Source: an uncultured virus (IMG/VR IMGVR_UViG_3300008113_000126)
Lineage: Duplodnaviria; Heunggongvirae; Uroviricota; Caudoviricetes
Strand: one strand, 5' to 3'
Length of the DNA: 64,000 nt
IMG/VR virus record: IMGVR_UViG_3300008113_000126
The notes below the pieces were generated by a model. The model made no database searches, was not told the origin of the DNA, and was given only the letters and a program-made list of their open reading frames with translations. Position numbers and translations under genes: made by a program. Shown here piece by piece: positions 18,788 to 29,380 of the stretch (its first letter is position 1; every line of letters starts with the position of its first letter).

Positions 18788-19888
18788 ATGCGTATAGACA
18801 TATCTGGATATGAATTTAATGGTACAGGATGGTGCCTTCCTACGGTAGTTACACAGGTAGCTGAAGATCCAGCACACATACCATGGGATAACACAGGAGA
18901 TTTTTGGCTTATTAAATCTTACGATAAAGGACATGTTAAAACTATGTCGCCGGTAGCACATGTAGTAAATTCGTTTACCGGTCCAAGATTAAACAAAACA
19001 AATTATTTGTATTGCACTGGATTTAATTTTAATATTCCGAGATTGTTATACGGCATAGAAGTTAAGATAGTAATGAATACCGGTGGTCGCGTAATGGAAG
19101 ATACTATTCAATTAAGATGGAATAACAAGTGGATAGGTTTAAACAAAGCCAGTGATAATATGGATTCCATTAAACGTGTAAACAAACTTTCACAATGGAT
19201 TACTGACGAAACTCCATATTGGGGGATAACAATTCAAGATCTTAACACATCCACTGCAAATTTAAGTTGGCTTAAATCGTGTATTTCTGACCCATCTTTC
19301 GGAATAGGATTAAGATTTAAAAGTAATAATACAATTCCACATTCTACTACTCCAATGATTGAATATGTTGCTATTCGATTAATCGATGAGTTTTTTAAAG
19401 GAGACCTAGCTATTGGTTACATAGATGGGGAGGAGGTGTTATCGGGACAAGACAGTTCGGGCACTCAAGACACTGGTGCCGGTCCCAGAAACACCGCACC
19501 GCCAAAATGGGGTGAAGACGGTGATACTGGATTTGGTCCTAAAGAACCAATTCCCCCCGCAGATATCGGACAGTATCTTGGATCAACAGGAATTTTTACC
19601 ATTTTTGATAATACAAGTACCCGTGTTGTTTCTACCTCAACAAATACTGTTATAAATGACTCGTCTGCTACAGCAACTACATCTACATTCTGGCCTGGAG
19701 TCCAAATTATTACAATAACAAAATTGTTAGGAGTGGTCGATACTCCTGACCAACTACCTCTGGATGTTCGATTTAATCCCAATGCATCTTATTCTATGGG
19801 GTCTGCTTATGCTGTTAGATCTACACAAACATTTTGGGCGTGGGACGGATACCGGTTTAGTAATACTGGATCTGCAATACTACAATAA
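18788..19888 (+). CDS. Hypothetical structural protein
   Basis: 366-aa ORF in the late structural cluster. Confidence 0.6.
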   Translation: MRIDISGYEFNGTGWCLPTVVTQVAEDPAHIPWDNTGDFWLIKSYDKGHVKTMSPVAHVVNSFTGPRLNKTNYLYCTGFNFNIPRLLYGIEVKIVMNTGGRVMEDTIQLRWNNKWIGLNKASDNMDSIKRVNKLSQWITDETPYWGITIQDLNTSTANLSWLKSCISDPSFGIGLRFKSNNTIPHSTTPMIEYVAIRLIDEFFKGDLAIGYIDGEEVLSGQDSSGTQDTGAGPRNTAPPKWGEDGDTGFGPKEPIPPADIGQYLGSTGIFTIFDNTSTRVVSTSTNTVINDSSATATTSTFWPGVQIITITKLLGVVDTPDQLPLDVRFNPNASYSMGSAYAVRSTQTFWAWDGYRFSNTGSAILQ

Positions 19889-19913
19889 TCGATAAATATT
19901 AAAAAGGAAGAAT

Positions 19914-20936
19914 ATGGGAACTACTAGTGTTGTCCGCGTACCCGGCGATTATCAAATAGTTGCAAGGTCAGGTGGAGTTGTTATTGATGTGACAACTACA
20001 TCTACCTTGCGTGCCGCCAATACCGGAACTGTTACAATTTATGGCGATCTCAACGTCATTGGTTCAACCACCTATATTAATAGCACTAATACTAATATTC
20101 TTGATAATATCTTAATTCTTAATAGCGGAGAAACAAACGATTATGTAACACTAGGAACAGCTGGTATCGCAGTTTCTAGAGGATCAATTTCTACACTTAC
20201 CAATGCGGCAACATTGTTGTACGACGACACAGTGTATTGGAGCTATGATAACAATACATCTTTTAGAGGAATATGGGAAGCCGCAGTCGGTAGTGGAAAT
20301 TTAGAACGATCGCCAACCGCTGTTAGAATGGCCGCAATTCGAGTTGGTGCAAATTCTAATTCTTTTAATATATTTGGTCAAGACAATCCTTTAGCAGTTA
20401 TTAATGTAAAGGGAACAACAGATTACGAACAACATGTATTAGACGATGATGATATTCCAAATAAAAAATATGTCGATGATAGATTTTTTAACGGAAATGA
20501 ATTAGCAAGAAAATTAAAAGTAGGCGAAACTCAAATTGAATTAAGGTCAAACGTTGTTGTTCCTTCAGATCCCTACTATAATGTGTCTGATAAAGTTGTT
20601 GTATCTTTAGGAACTACTACCAATGTAGTTTTACAATTAGAAGGCCAAGAGGCTATTTTCAACGGACTTACACTTAACGACACTGAAATAAGAACTAATC
20701 AATACAGCGGAAGTGTTAATATTTCTGTAACTCCAAATTCTACAGGTACGTTTATAGTTAATTCTGTATTAAGTTTGACAAACAGCACTCCGGGAGATGC
20801 AGTTCAAGGAAAGACGCAAGTTTATTCTACGGCAACTATAGGTGGTGGCGGAACTGGATTATATTTTGTAAATACAGAACAAGCCGACGAATTAGTAAGC
20901 AGAAAACGTGCAATAATTTACGGAATAATTTTTTAA
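19914..20936 (+). CDS. Virion structural protein (fibre/appendage-associated)
   Basis: GDLNVIGSTTYINST..I.DNILILNSGE motif (shared with 33126 ORF), IPNKKYVD, C-terminal ELVSRKRAIIYGIIF; TAAATA at 19893. Confidence 0.65.
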   Translation: MGTTSVVRVPGDYQIVARSGGVVIDVTTTSTLRAANTGTVTIYGDLNVIGSTTYINSTNTNILDNILILNSGETNDYVTLGTAGIAVSRGSISTLTNAATLLYDDTVYWSYDNNTSFRGIWEAAVGSGNLERSPTAVRMAAIRVGANSNSFNIFGQDNPLAVINVKGTTDYEQHVLDDDDIPNKKYVDDRFFNGNELARKLKVGETQIELRSNVVVPSDPYYNVSDKVVVSLGTTTNVVLQLEGQEAIFNGLTLNDTEIRTNQYSGSVNISVTPNSTGTFIVNSVLSLTNSTPGDAVQGKTQVYSTATIGGGGTGLYFVNTEQADELVSRKRAIIYGIIF

Positions 20937-20947
20937 GGTTTTAACAA

Positions 20948-21277
20948 ATGGCTATTTCAACAACACTTTTAAGTTCTGCCGCAACTACTCCTATTTTTAT
21001 AGCTAACACCGGTACAGAATATGCAATTACAACAATAATATTCTGTAATACAGATGAACTTGCTGATGCTGAACTTAATTTGTTTGCAGTACCTAACGGT
21101 GGTGTTCCATCTCAAGCTACACAAATTCTTAAATCTGTAAAAATTCCAGCAGGCGAAACGTTTGTAATGGATTCTGAAAAATTAATTTTAGGCGGTGGTG
21201 ATAAAATATTTGCTAAAGTAGATCCACTAGCAGTCGGCGATATAGTGTGTGCAACGGTAAGTTCGGTACAAATTTAA
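20948..21277 (+). CDS. Small structural protein (paralogue of 28997-29380)
   Basis: 109 aa; T.I...I.CN...IPA.ET....K.IL..GD.I pattern shared with the 127-aa ORF. Confidence 0.6.
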   Translation: MAISTTLLSSAATTPIFIANTGTEYAITTIIFCNTDELADAELNLFAVPNGGVPSQATQILKSVKIPAGETFVMDSEKLILGGGDKIFAKVDPLAVGDIVCATVSSVQI

Positions 21278-21278
21278 T

Positions 21279-21806
21279 ATGAAATTCATTAAAAGATTAC
21301 CACTAGATAATAATAATGTAATGAGCAATCGCTGGGCAGTTCTAGCGGACGATAGGATTGTTACTGATACAAATGTAGGACTTACTTTGCCAGTCGGCGG
21401 TGACGGGTCACGACCAATAATAAATGAAAATGGTACTATTCGTTATAATAGTGATATTAATGAATATGAAGTATATAACGGAACTAGCCCTGGTAGGGGA
21501 TGGGAAAAGATAAGAACTGTAAGACCTGCTCCTATTACTGTGCAAAATTTAGGAGATGGAGATTACACAAAAACTGTCTTCGGACCATTGAACTATTCTA
21601 CCGGTGATCAGTATACTAATTTCAGTGATCCTCAAAATATTTTAGTCTTTGTTGAAAACGTTTATCAAATACCTGTTCTTAATTATACTCTAGTGCAAGG
21701 CACTGGGGGAACAGTTTCAATTGTATTTTCAAGCGCACCACCAAATAAGCGTGTAACTGCCCTGTTAGGATTTGACGGTTATTTCCCTCCGTTCCCGACT
21801 CCTTAA
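21279..21806 (+). CDS. Structural protein
   Basis: LP.G...RP...NG.IRYN.....E.Y and ILVFVENVYQIP..NYT...I.FSSAPP modules typical of T4-like fibre/baseplate proteins. Confidence 0.65.
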   Translation: MKFIKRLPLDNNNVMSNRWAVLADDRIVTDTNVGLTLPVGGDGSRPIINENGTIRYNSDINEYEVYNGTSPGRGWEKIRTVRPAPITVQNLGDGDYTKTVFGPLNYSTGDQYTNFSDPQNILVFVENVYQIPVLNYTLVQGTGGTVSIVFSSAPPNKRVTALLGFDGYFPPFPTP

Positions 21807-21827
21807 TCCGCATAAAATTTACTTTGG

Positions 21828-21835
21828 TATAAATA
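21828..21835 (+). promoter_or_regulatory. Late promoter TATAAATA for the giant structural gene
   Basis: Exact consensus, followed by a ~90-nt leader with hairpins and GAGGAG RBS. Confidence 0.7.
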
Positions 21836-21926
21836 AGTTCGATGCCTAATGATTGGCAGAAATAACTGTGGTAAACCCGCAATGTAAGGTGGTTCTAGGG
21901 TGAAATACCCTTGTTGAGGAGCACAA

Positions 21927-24900
21927 ATGGCTGTAGGTCGCATATCAGGTCCGTTATTGGCAAGGAACTTATTCCGTGATAATGTCCCATTAGCATTTTA
22001 TAATATCAATAGTACTGAAGAACCAGTTTTATATCTTGATGTTACAAATACCCGTGTAGGTATAAGAAAAGATACACCATTATTTCCTTTAGATGTTAAA
22101 GGAACAATCAACGGGGATGTTTTACGCATTGTTCAAACCAATAATGATAGTGGTACCGGTGTTGGTACTATTGGTAAGATCTTTATCTCAACAAACACTA
22201 TTTCTAGTGTAACAGGTCCAGTAAATATTGCCCCAGTAGGCGGCGATGATATTAATTTATTTGCAGATACAACAGTCTACGGTAGCTTACATGCAACTGG
22301 AAATATTTCGGCAGATGGAAACATTGAATTAGGTAACGTTCCTACTGATAAACTTCGTGTACTTGCCGAAGTTGATAGTGATATAATTCCTGCAATTGAT
22401 AAAAGATATAACCTTGGCGGACCAGATGCAAATTGGGCCAAAGCCTACGTTGATACTCTAGTAAGTAACGCATTGACCAGTACTTCTGGAAATATAGAAA
22501 TTAATCCAGCAGGCGGCCTATTAGAAATTAACGGTCAAATAAGAGTTAACAGTCCTAACAAACCATTAGGAACTGCACCAATTGTTACAAATATTTTATA
22601 TGTAACAATGGATGGTAGTGATACAAACGATGGCTCTGCTATGGATCCAACTCGTGCTTGTCGCACAGTAAGTGGAGCAACAAAGAGTCCGCTGTATGCA
22701 CCTGGCACTAGTATTAAGGTTGCTCCAGGCAGGTTCTACGAAAACAATCCAGTATTAATGTTACCTAACACTAGTATTATTGGAAGCGACTTACGTACTA
22801 CATTTATTGAACCTCTAAATAAAACACAAGATTTATTTCACGTACAGTCTGGTTGCTATATTGCCCAGCTACAAATGAGTAACGGACGTAGTGGTCTATT
22901 ACCTATTGAAAATTCTAGTGGTTATAATAGAGGGGCATATGCAACAGCATTCCCTCCATTAGTTGACGGAAAAAAGATTGATGTATTCCACTCACCATAT
23001 ATTCAGAACTGTACTAATCAATCAGGTCCGTGGTTAAAAGATGGTACAATGTTTGCTCCTAATCAAACAGTGCAGATTCCAAGCGGCGTAGGTATTGGTT
23101 CTTGGCCAGCTGGTGCAACATCTCTTACTATAAGCATGACTACTGGAACTATTTCAGTAGGTGATAGTATCAATGCAGGCCCACAAAATCTTGGATTTTT
23201 TGATGCTAGAACACTTATTTTAGCAAACAAATCTTTTATTCAAGATCAAGTAATTAATTATATTACGTATCAAATTGTAAACTCAACTGCAACATCTTAT
23301 TGGTATGATTTCAAATACAGTAGAGCAAAATGTCATAGAGACGTAGGAATTATTTTAGAAAATATATCATACGACACAACATTTGGCGGCAATGAAAAAT
23401 CTGTTGAGAGTGGATTAGCGTACTATCAAGGTGTTATCAGTCTTATTGCTGGACAAGAAAGACAAACTCTTGAAGCAATTAATTATATAAACAGTCTTAC
23501 ACAACGAGTTATAGTTAATTCTTCTGCAACAATTTATGGTCCAGCTACTATTCCTCAAGTTTATAATTACAACCTAAAAGGTGGTGCTATTGCAGGCCCT
23601 GCGTTTGCTAGAAATATTAATATAGTTACTAATATTATTCTTAACGGCCCCGCAGTTGCACCGGCAATTTATAAGAGTTCTGGCCCAGACCAACAAACTA
23701 TAAGTGCAGAAACGTTATTACAAGACAACAGGTCGTTTATTCAAAATGAAGTAACTGCATGGACAGACTATAATTATTCTAATATTAATTATTCTACAGC
23801 AAAATGTAAAAGAGATTTAGGAATTATTATTGACAGTATTGGAATTGATTTAACATATCCCGACAATACTTACAAGTCTCAAAGTACATTTGCCGGTTTG
23901 CAATATTGGAATCAATCTAGTTATACTGGAGAAATTGCTAACGAGCTGAGTACAACAACAAATGCTATCAAATATGTAAGTTTGTTGGCACAGGAAATTG
24001 TACAAAATGTTACAACAGGTGTCCGTTACCAAGGAGTGGCAACTCAAACAGCTCGAACAACACACCCTGGATCGTATGTAGAAGCTGATTTTATTAAATC
24101 AGAATTTACTACAATTCTTGACATTATTATCAATGGAACAACTGGAGTTACTGATAGAGTTATACCAAATAGTGCCACAACTAGTTCTAGGGTAAGCGTA
24201 TGGAATGCATATAATTTACTTGTTGCAAATAGATCTTACATTCAAACAGAAGCTATTGCATTCGTTGAACAAAATAAAACAACAGGATTTGCTTACGATA
24301 CAGCAAAATGCGAACGTGACGTTGGATTCATGATTGATTCAGTATGTTTTGATTTGTTACACGGCGGCAATAGAATGGCTATTCAAAGTGGTGTATACTA
24401 TTACGACTTTAACGGAAGCGACAGTGCAATTAAAAACGAAATTCCGCAAACGTTAGATGCTTACAGTACACTAACAAATATTGTAAGTAATATTATACAA
24501 AATATCCCTGTAGTAAGAACACAAACTATTGTTGCACAAGACACATCGTTACCTGCCGCATCTGCTACAGAAGCTACAGCATTGACTAGTTATATTAACA
24601 ATATCATTAATATTATTACTAACGGTCCAGCGGCAGCTCCTGCAAAACGTCCAGTACCGCTTACCGCTTCGACTAATCCTCTTACTTTTAGAGCCTGGAA
24701 TATCTTACAGGCAAACAGAGAATTTATTAAAGAAGAAGTTGTTTCTAGAATTAATCAAAAGTATTTTAGACAATATGCTTACAACGAAGAAAAATGTTTT
24801 AGAGATTCTGGGCTAATTGTTGACGCAATTGTACAAGATTTAATGTTTGACTCAACAAGTCAAAGTACATTTAGTGGTTTGCAATATTGGAATCAGAACA

Positions 24901-27900
24901 ATGTATACACTGGACAGATTGCTGGCCAAGTAAGCACAACCACAGCGGCTATTTCTTTTGCAAAAGAGATAGCAGGCAAAGTTGTAATGCTTAATACATC
25001 TGTTCCTAGATTCTCAACAGGTACACAGATTGTAAACATGCCAATGGCAACACAAAGTCAAGTTGCTGCCATCTATGAAAAATTTGACACTATTATTGAT
25101 ATAATTACAAACGGTATTGTTGGCGTAACTGATAAAATTATACCTAACAGATTAGAACCATCATTTAAAAATGATGATCTAGACGCATTTAATCTATTAC
25201 AGGCTAATAGAACATACATTCAGCAAGAAGTTGTTCGCTGGGTAGAATATTGGAAAGCTAATAACGATCCGGGGTATACTTACGATCAAGAACTTTGTTT
25301 TAGAGATATCGGATACATTGTAGACAGCGTGTCGTTTGACTTATTATACGGTGGCAATCGTCAATCTATTCAATCAGGTGTTTATTATTACGGCTATAGT
25401 GCAAGTAGTAGCGCAATATATGGTCAAACTACTGGTACTATTGCAGCCTTTAATCGTATAAGAAGTATTGTACCTAATATTATTAGGGGAGTACCAGTAG
25501 AGAGATATCAGAGCGATGTATTACAAGTATTTGACATGAATACAAATGATACTTCTACTATTGCTACAGCCGTTGGTAAAGTCGATATAATTACAAATAT
25601 TATAGAAAATGGACCAAGCGTTGCTGGTGCAAAAACACCTATTAATGTTACTCGATCAACATCTACTAATAAAATTAATGCAGGATTTATTTTGTCAGCT
25701 AATCGTGAATTTATTCAAGCTGAAACAGTTGCCTACGTAAATCAATTTTATGCTTTCAAATATAATAGAGAAAAATGTAGCAGAGATGCAGGACTAATCA
25801 TTGATGCAGTATCTCAAGATTTAATTCTAGGAGGTACTACTAAATCAATTGAAGCAGGTGTAACGTACTGGAAAGGTGCTAGAAGTTATATTGAAGGTCA
25901 AATTCCACAGACAGTTGCATCAGTAGAACATGCAAAAGAAGTTGCTCTAACTGTAGTAAGAAATCTTACCTATACACCAACTTCAGGCAACGGAACTAAA
26001 CAACGTATTAACACATATTATCAAGGTGGTGGGTTTGCCGCAGAGGGTATAATAAGAAGTTTTGATATTATTACCAAAATAATGCGAGACGGCCCCGAAG
26101 CCGCACCTCAATCATATGTAGGATCAGGGTTATTTGCTGATACAGGAATAAGCAATAACGATACAAAACTTGCTCCAAAAGTTACTGCTATTAGTGCTTT
26201 TACCTACGATGAAAATTTATGTAGACGCGACGCCAGCTATATAGTTGACGGAGTTTATTATGATGCGGTATTAGGGACAAATTATAATGCCGTACTCAAT
26301 GGTCTAGCGTATCAAAGAGGTACAGCCTCAATAGCGTTGTTAAGGGCAACAGAATTAAGTCAAACTATCACGGCATTTACCTATCTTAAAGATCAGGCAG
26401 CAACGTTAATGTCTACCAGCCCACTTGCGGCAGCAAGAGCTGATAATTCTTTTGCGGAATTATTAAGAATAGTAGATGGAAATACTGCTCCTGTAATTAT
26501 TTTTGCTAATCCGACCGGCGGAGTTGCAGGAAAAATAGCAGCCAAAAATCAATTAGTTGCAAATAAAGAATTCCTTAAGGCAGAAACAATTGCATGGATA
26601 GAAAATCAAATTGAATATAATATTGCACCTTTTAGTAGTAACTTTGTTTTTAATAAAACAAGGTATGCTAGAGATGTTGGATTTATCGTTGATGCATTAT
26701 GTTATGATATTTTATACGGTGGAAATAGCGGTAGCAGATTTAATGCGATGTTATTATTTACTGACACAGGTGCAAGTGTAATTGCAGGCGAAACATCTCA
26801 AGTAGTTGCGGCGTTTAATCATCTGTCTAATGTAGCACAGTCAGTTATACAAGGTATAAATGTAATTCCTACTTATGGAAATGAGTTAGGTCAACGTGCA
26901 GACGGAGAAGATGCAACAGCCACTGAAGCCACAACATTATCAGCGTTGGTAGATATTATTACAGGAGCTATTACTGACGGTAATTTATCTAATCTTCCTG
27001 CTAAAGAAGATCCAGGTACTAATTGGGTGCCAGCAGGAATTGTAAATGCAGCCGGTGCATTTAGTAGTGTAAAAGCTACGCTAATTAACGAAATGATTGC
27101 CTATATCAATTCGTTCCCAGCTGGACAATATCTAATTGAATTAGACAAACCAACAATTGGACCTGCTGTAAATGCTACATTATATTTCGGTCAAACATTA
27201 GTATTTCCAAAACTTGATGCAGAGTTTACGCCACAACAGGCAATAGATTGGGGTCAGCGTATGGTTGATCCAACAGGCTCTATGGGCGGATCATTAGTAG
27301 ACGGCGCAGTAGTAAGTGAGCGAAGTCCTATTAACTCGTTTGTTTACGATGCCTTCACTCAAGTTAATCAAGGTGGCCGAGGCATTCACATCATCAACAA
27401 CGGCTATGCACAGCTAGTTTCTGTGTTCACCGTATTCTGCTCGATTGCTGTTGAAGTTGGCAATGGAGGCATTGCATCTATTACTAACAGTAATAGTAAC
27501 TTTGGTGACTTCTGTTTAGTAGCAAAAGGTAAAGGAAAATTAGATTTCCAAGGAACAGTTTATAATCCTTCATACCCAACACTTGCACAATCAGGCGGTC
27601 TTACAGAAAACGGACAATATTATCCAAACGGATTTTGGCCACAAAATGCAGAAATGCTTGCATTTATTCCAGATACTACATATAGACCTCACATTGGTTT
27701 AGTGATGGAAGTTGTTCCACCTAAATATTATTTGCAAGATACTACTGGTGCTGGAAATTTTGTAGAAACTTTATATACAAATGATCAAGGGTTGCCAGGA
27801 TTTTTAACTGCTGCCGCTAACATGGCAACACTAACAACTGGATCAATCAAGATTACAAACATTGTAACAGACGGAGTTGCAATTGGCCAAACAGTATACA

Positions 27901-28985
27901 TTCGAGATCAATTTGGTAGTTTTGTTGATACTAATGGTGTTATGTATGCTACTACAGGAACTTTAGTTACTGATGTTAATTATCAAAGCATTACATTAAG
28001 TGTAGCCCTTACATCCGGTGGTGGGGAAGTTGATAATCCTAACTTTTTTACAATATTAACTTGCGGAAATGCATACTATAATGTATTAAGTAGTTCTATT
28101 ACTTCGAACCCAATTACTGTTGGTAACTCTATGTTACCTGATGTTCCTGGAGCACTACATAAACTAGCTGAAAAAGAAGCACTTGAGTTTATGACTCAAC
28201 TAGTAATTAATGTAGTTGCAAACAATACTATTATTGCAGGCAACACAGTAGGCGTAATACAGAACAAAGTTAATGACTCTGGCGCAGCCGCAAACTCTTT
28301 TATCAGTGACAGATTTAATGATATATTAACAATCTTTAATGACGGTGTAGGTTCAGCTCCTACGATACGAAAAACAGGACAAAGTCCTCCTCAAGCATCA
28401 CAAGCTATTGCACAACTACGTGCCAATAAAGAGTTTATTGTTGCAGAAGTTACCCACTATGCTGTAAGTAGAAATACTTATACTATGACTGTAAGCCAAA
28501 CTTACAAATGTAAGAGAGACACTGCGCTAATTATTGATAGACTAATCCTAGATCTTACAAATGGCGGAAATTATAACGCAGTAATGAGCGGATTAAGTTA
28601 TTGGAGTAGGGCAGGTACATATCATAAGATTAGTTTAGAAGATCAAGTACGTAATCCATTGTTATTCCCAGATGGTTCAACAATTAATTTCTATCAAAGA
28701 AGTTACATGAGTGCGTTGGGTTATACATTTGAATATGTTGGTGCTGGTACAAACTATGGTAGTTTACCTCAAGTTGGTAGAGCAGATCCTATCCAAAGTC
28801 GAGAAGTAGTACAAATAGATAACGGTAAAGTATTCTTTACATCAACTGATCAGAACGGCGATTTCCGTATTGGTCCGGGATTAGTTATTAGTCAGGCAAC
28901 CGGAGTGTTGTCAGGAAGAACATTTACGAAGTCGTTGTTTGCCCAAATGACTCCGTTTATATTAGCCGTTGAGGCAGGTGGATAA
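21927..28985 (+). CDS. Giant (2352 aa) virion structural protein: beta-helix-like framework with tandem helical C-x-R-D repeat domains
   Basis: GRISGPLL N-terminus; YVTMDGSDTNDG..I.V.PG.F.E..P, SPYIQNCT and DAFTQVNQGG pectin-lyase-like segments; nine Y...KC.RD.G.I.D....D...GGN repeats. Confidence 0.75.
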   Translation: MAVGRISGPLLARNLFRDNVPLAFYNINSTEEPVLYLDVTNTRVGIRKDTPLFPLDVKGTINGDVLRIVQTNNDSGTGVGTIGKIFISTNTISSVTGPVNIAPVGGDDINLFADTTVYGSLHATGNISADGNIELGNVPTDKLRVLAEVDSDIIPAIDKRYNLGGPDANWAKAYVDTLVSNALTSTSGNIEINPAGGLLEINGQIRVNSPNKPLGTAPIVTNILYVTMDGSDTNDGSAMDPTRACRTVSGATKSPLYAPGTSIKVAPGRFYENNPVLMLPNTSIIGSDLRTTFIEPLNKTQDLFHVQSGCYIAQLQMSNGRSGLLPIENSSGYNRGAYATAFPPLVDGKKIDVFHSPYIQNCTNQSGPWLKDGTMFAPNQTVQIPSGVGIGSWPAGATSLTISMTTGTISVGDSINAGPQNLGFFDARTLILANKSFIQDQVINYITYQIVNSTATSYWYDFKYSRAKCHRDVGIILENISYDTTFGGNEKSVESGLAYYQGVISLIAGQERQTLEAINYINSLTQRVIVNSSATIYGPATIPQVYNYNLKGGAIAGPAFARNINIVTNIILNGPAVAPAIYKSSGPDQQTISAETLLQDNRSFIQNEVTAWTDYNYSNINYSTAKCKRDLGIIIDSIGIDLTYPDNTYKSQSTFAGLQYWNQSSYTGEIANELSTTTNAIKYVSLLAQEIVQNVTTGVRYQGVATQTARTTHPGSYVEADFIKSEFTTILDIIINGTTGVTDRVIPNSATTSSRVSVWNAYNLLVANRSYIQTEAIAFVEQNKTTGFAYDTAKCERDVGFMIDSVCFDLLHGGNRMAIQSGVYYYDFNGSDSAIKNEIPQTLDAYSTLTNIVSNIIQNIPVVRTQTIVAQDTSLPAASATEATALTSYINNIINIITNGPAAAPAKRPVPLTASTNPLTFRAWNILQANREFIKEEVVSRINQKYFRQYAYNEEKCFRDSGLIVDAIVQDLMFDSTSQSTFSGLQYWNQNNVYTGQIAGQVSTTTAAISFAKEIAGKVVMLNTSVPRFSTGTQIVNMPMATQSQVAAIYEKFDTIIDIITNGIVGVTDKIIPNRLEPSFKNDDLDAFNLLQANRTYIQQEVVRWVEYWKANNDPGYTYDQELCFRDIGYIVDSVSFDLLYGGNRQSIQSGVYYYGYSASSSAIYGQTTGTIAAFNRIRSIVPNIIRGVPVERYQSDVLQVFDMNTNDTSTIATAVGKVDIITNIIENGPSVAGAKTPINVTRSTSTNKINAGFILSANREFIQAETVAYVNQFYAFKYNREKCSRDAGLIIDAVSQDLILGGTTKSIEAGVTYWKGARSYIEGQIPQTVASVEHAKEVALTVVRNLTYTPTSGNGTKQRINTYYQGGGFAAEGIIRSFDIITKIMRDGPEAAPQSYVGSGLFADTGISNNDTKLAPKVTAISAFTYDENLCRRDASYIVDGVYYDAVLGTNYNAVLNGLAYQRGTASIALLRATELSQTITAFTYLKDQAATLMSTSPLAAARADNSFAELLRIVDGNTAPVIIFANPTGGVAGKIAAKNQLVANKEFLKAETIAWIENQIEYNIAPFSSNFVFNKTRYARDVGFIVDALCYDILYGGNSGSRFNAMLLFTDTGASVIAGETSQVVAAFNHLSNVAQSVIQGINVIPTYGNELGQRADGEDATATEATTLSALVDIITGAITDGNLSNLPAKEDPGTNWVPAGIVNAAGAFSSVKATLINEMIAYINSFPAGQYLIELDKPTIGPAVNATLYFGQTLVFPKLDAEFTPQQAIDWGQRMVDPTGSMGGSLVDGAVVSERSPINSFVYDAFTQVNQGGRGIHIINNGYAQLVSVFTVFCSIAVEVGNGGIASITNSNSNFGDFCLVAKGKGKLDFQGTVYNPSYPTLAQSGGLTENGQYYPNGFWPQNAEMLAFIPDTTYRPHIGLVMEVVPPKYYLQDTTGAGNFVETLYTNDQGLPGFLTAAANMATLTTGSIKITNIVTDGVAIGQTVYIRDQFGSFVDTNGVMYATTGTLVTDVNYQSITLSVALTSGGGEVDNPNFFTILTCGNAYYNVLSSSITSNPITVGNSMLPDVPGALHKLAEKEALEFMTQLVINVVANNTIIAGNTVGVIQNKVNDSGAAANSFISDRFNDILTIFNDGVGSAPTIRKTGQSPPQASQAIAQLRANKEFIVAEVTHYAVSRNTYTMTVSQTYKCKRDTALIIDRLILDLTNGGNYNAVMSGLSYWSRAGTYHKISLEDQVRNPLLFPDGSTINFYQRSYMSALGYTFEYVGAGTNYGSLPQVGRADPIQSREVVQIDNGKVFFTSTDQNGDFRIGPGLVISQATGVLSGRTFTKSLFAQMTPFILAVEAGG

Positions 28986-28996
28986 AAGGAAATATC

Positions 28997-29380
28997 ATGG
29001 CATTAATACCATTAAATACATTTAAGACAAAGACACAGGTACTTACAACAAGTACAACTGCAACAATTTATACTGCCCCAATCGGTACAACTGCTATTAT
29101 TCTTATGACACAAATTGCAAACGTTACTAACGCAACACAATATGTATCATTTGGGCACTACAGAAGATTACAAGTATTACCTGACGCACAAGGTAACGGA
29201 GGACAGCCGGGAAATACATTTACTCCCCTAGTATCTAATTTTGCTATTCCAAAAAATAATGCGTCTAGTGTTGTTACTGGAAAAGTAATTGTTGAAAGTC
29301 TTGATAGTGTACGTGCGTGGACTACTAATCCTGATGCCTGCAGAATAACTTTAAGTGTCTTGGAGACAGCAAATGCTTAA
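28997..29380 (+). CDS. Small structural protein
   Basis: 127 aa; IYTAP.G.TAIIL..QIANV pattern; AAGGA RBS. Confidence 0.65.
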   Translation: MALIPLNTFKTKTQVLTTSTTATIYTAPIGTTAIILMTQIANVTNATQYVSFGHYRRLQVLPDAQGNGGQPGNTFTPLVSNFAIPKNNASSVVTGKVIVESLDSVRAWTTNPDACRITLSVLETANA

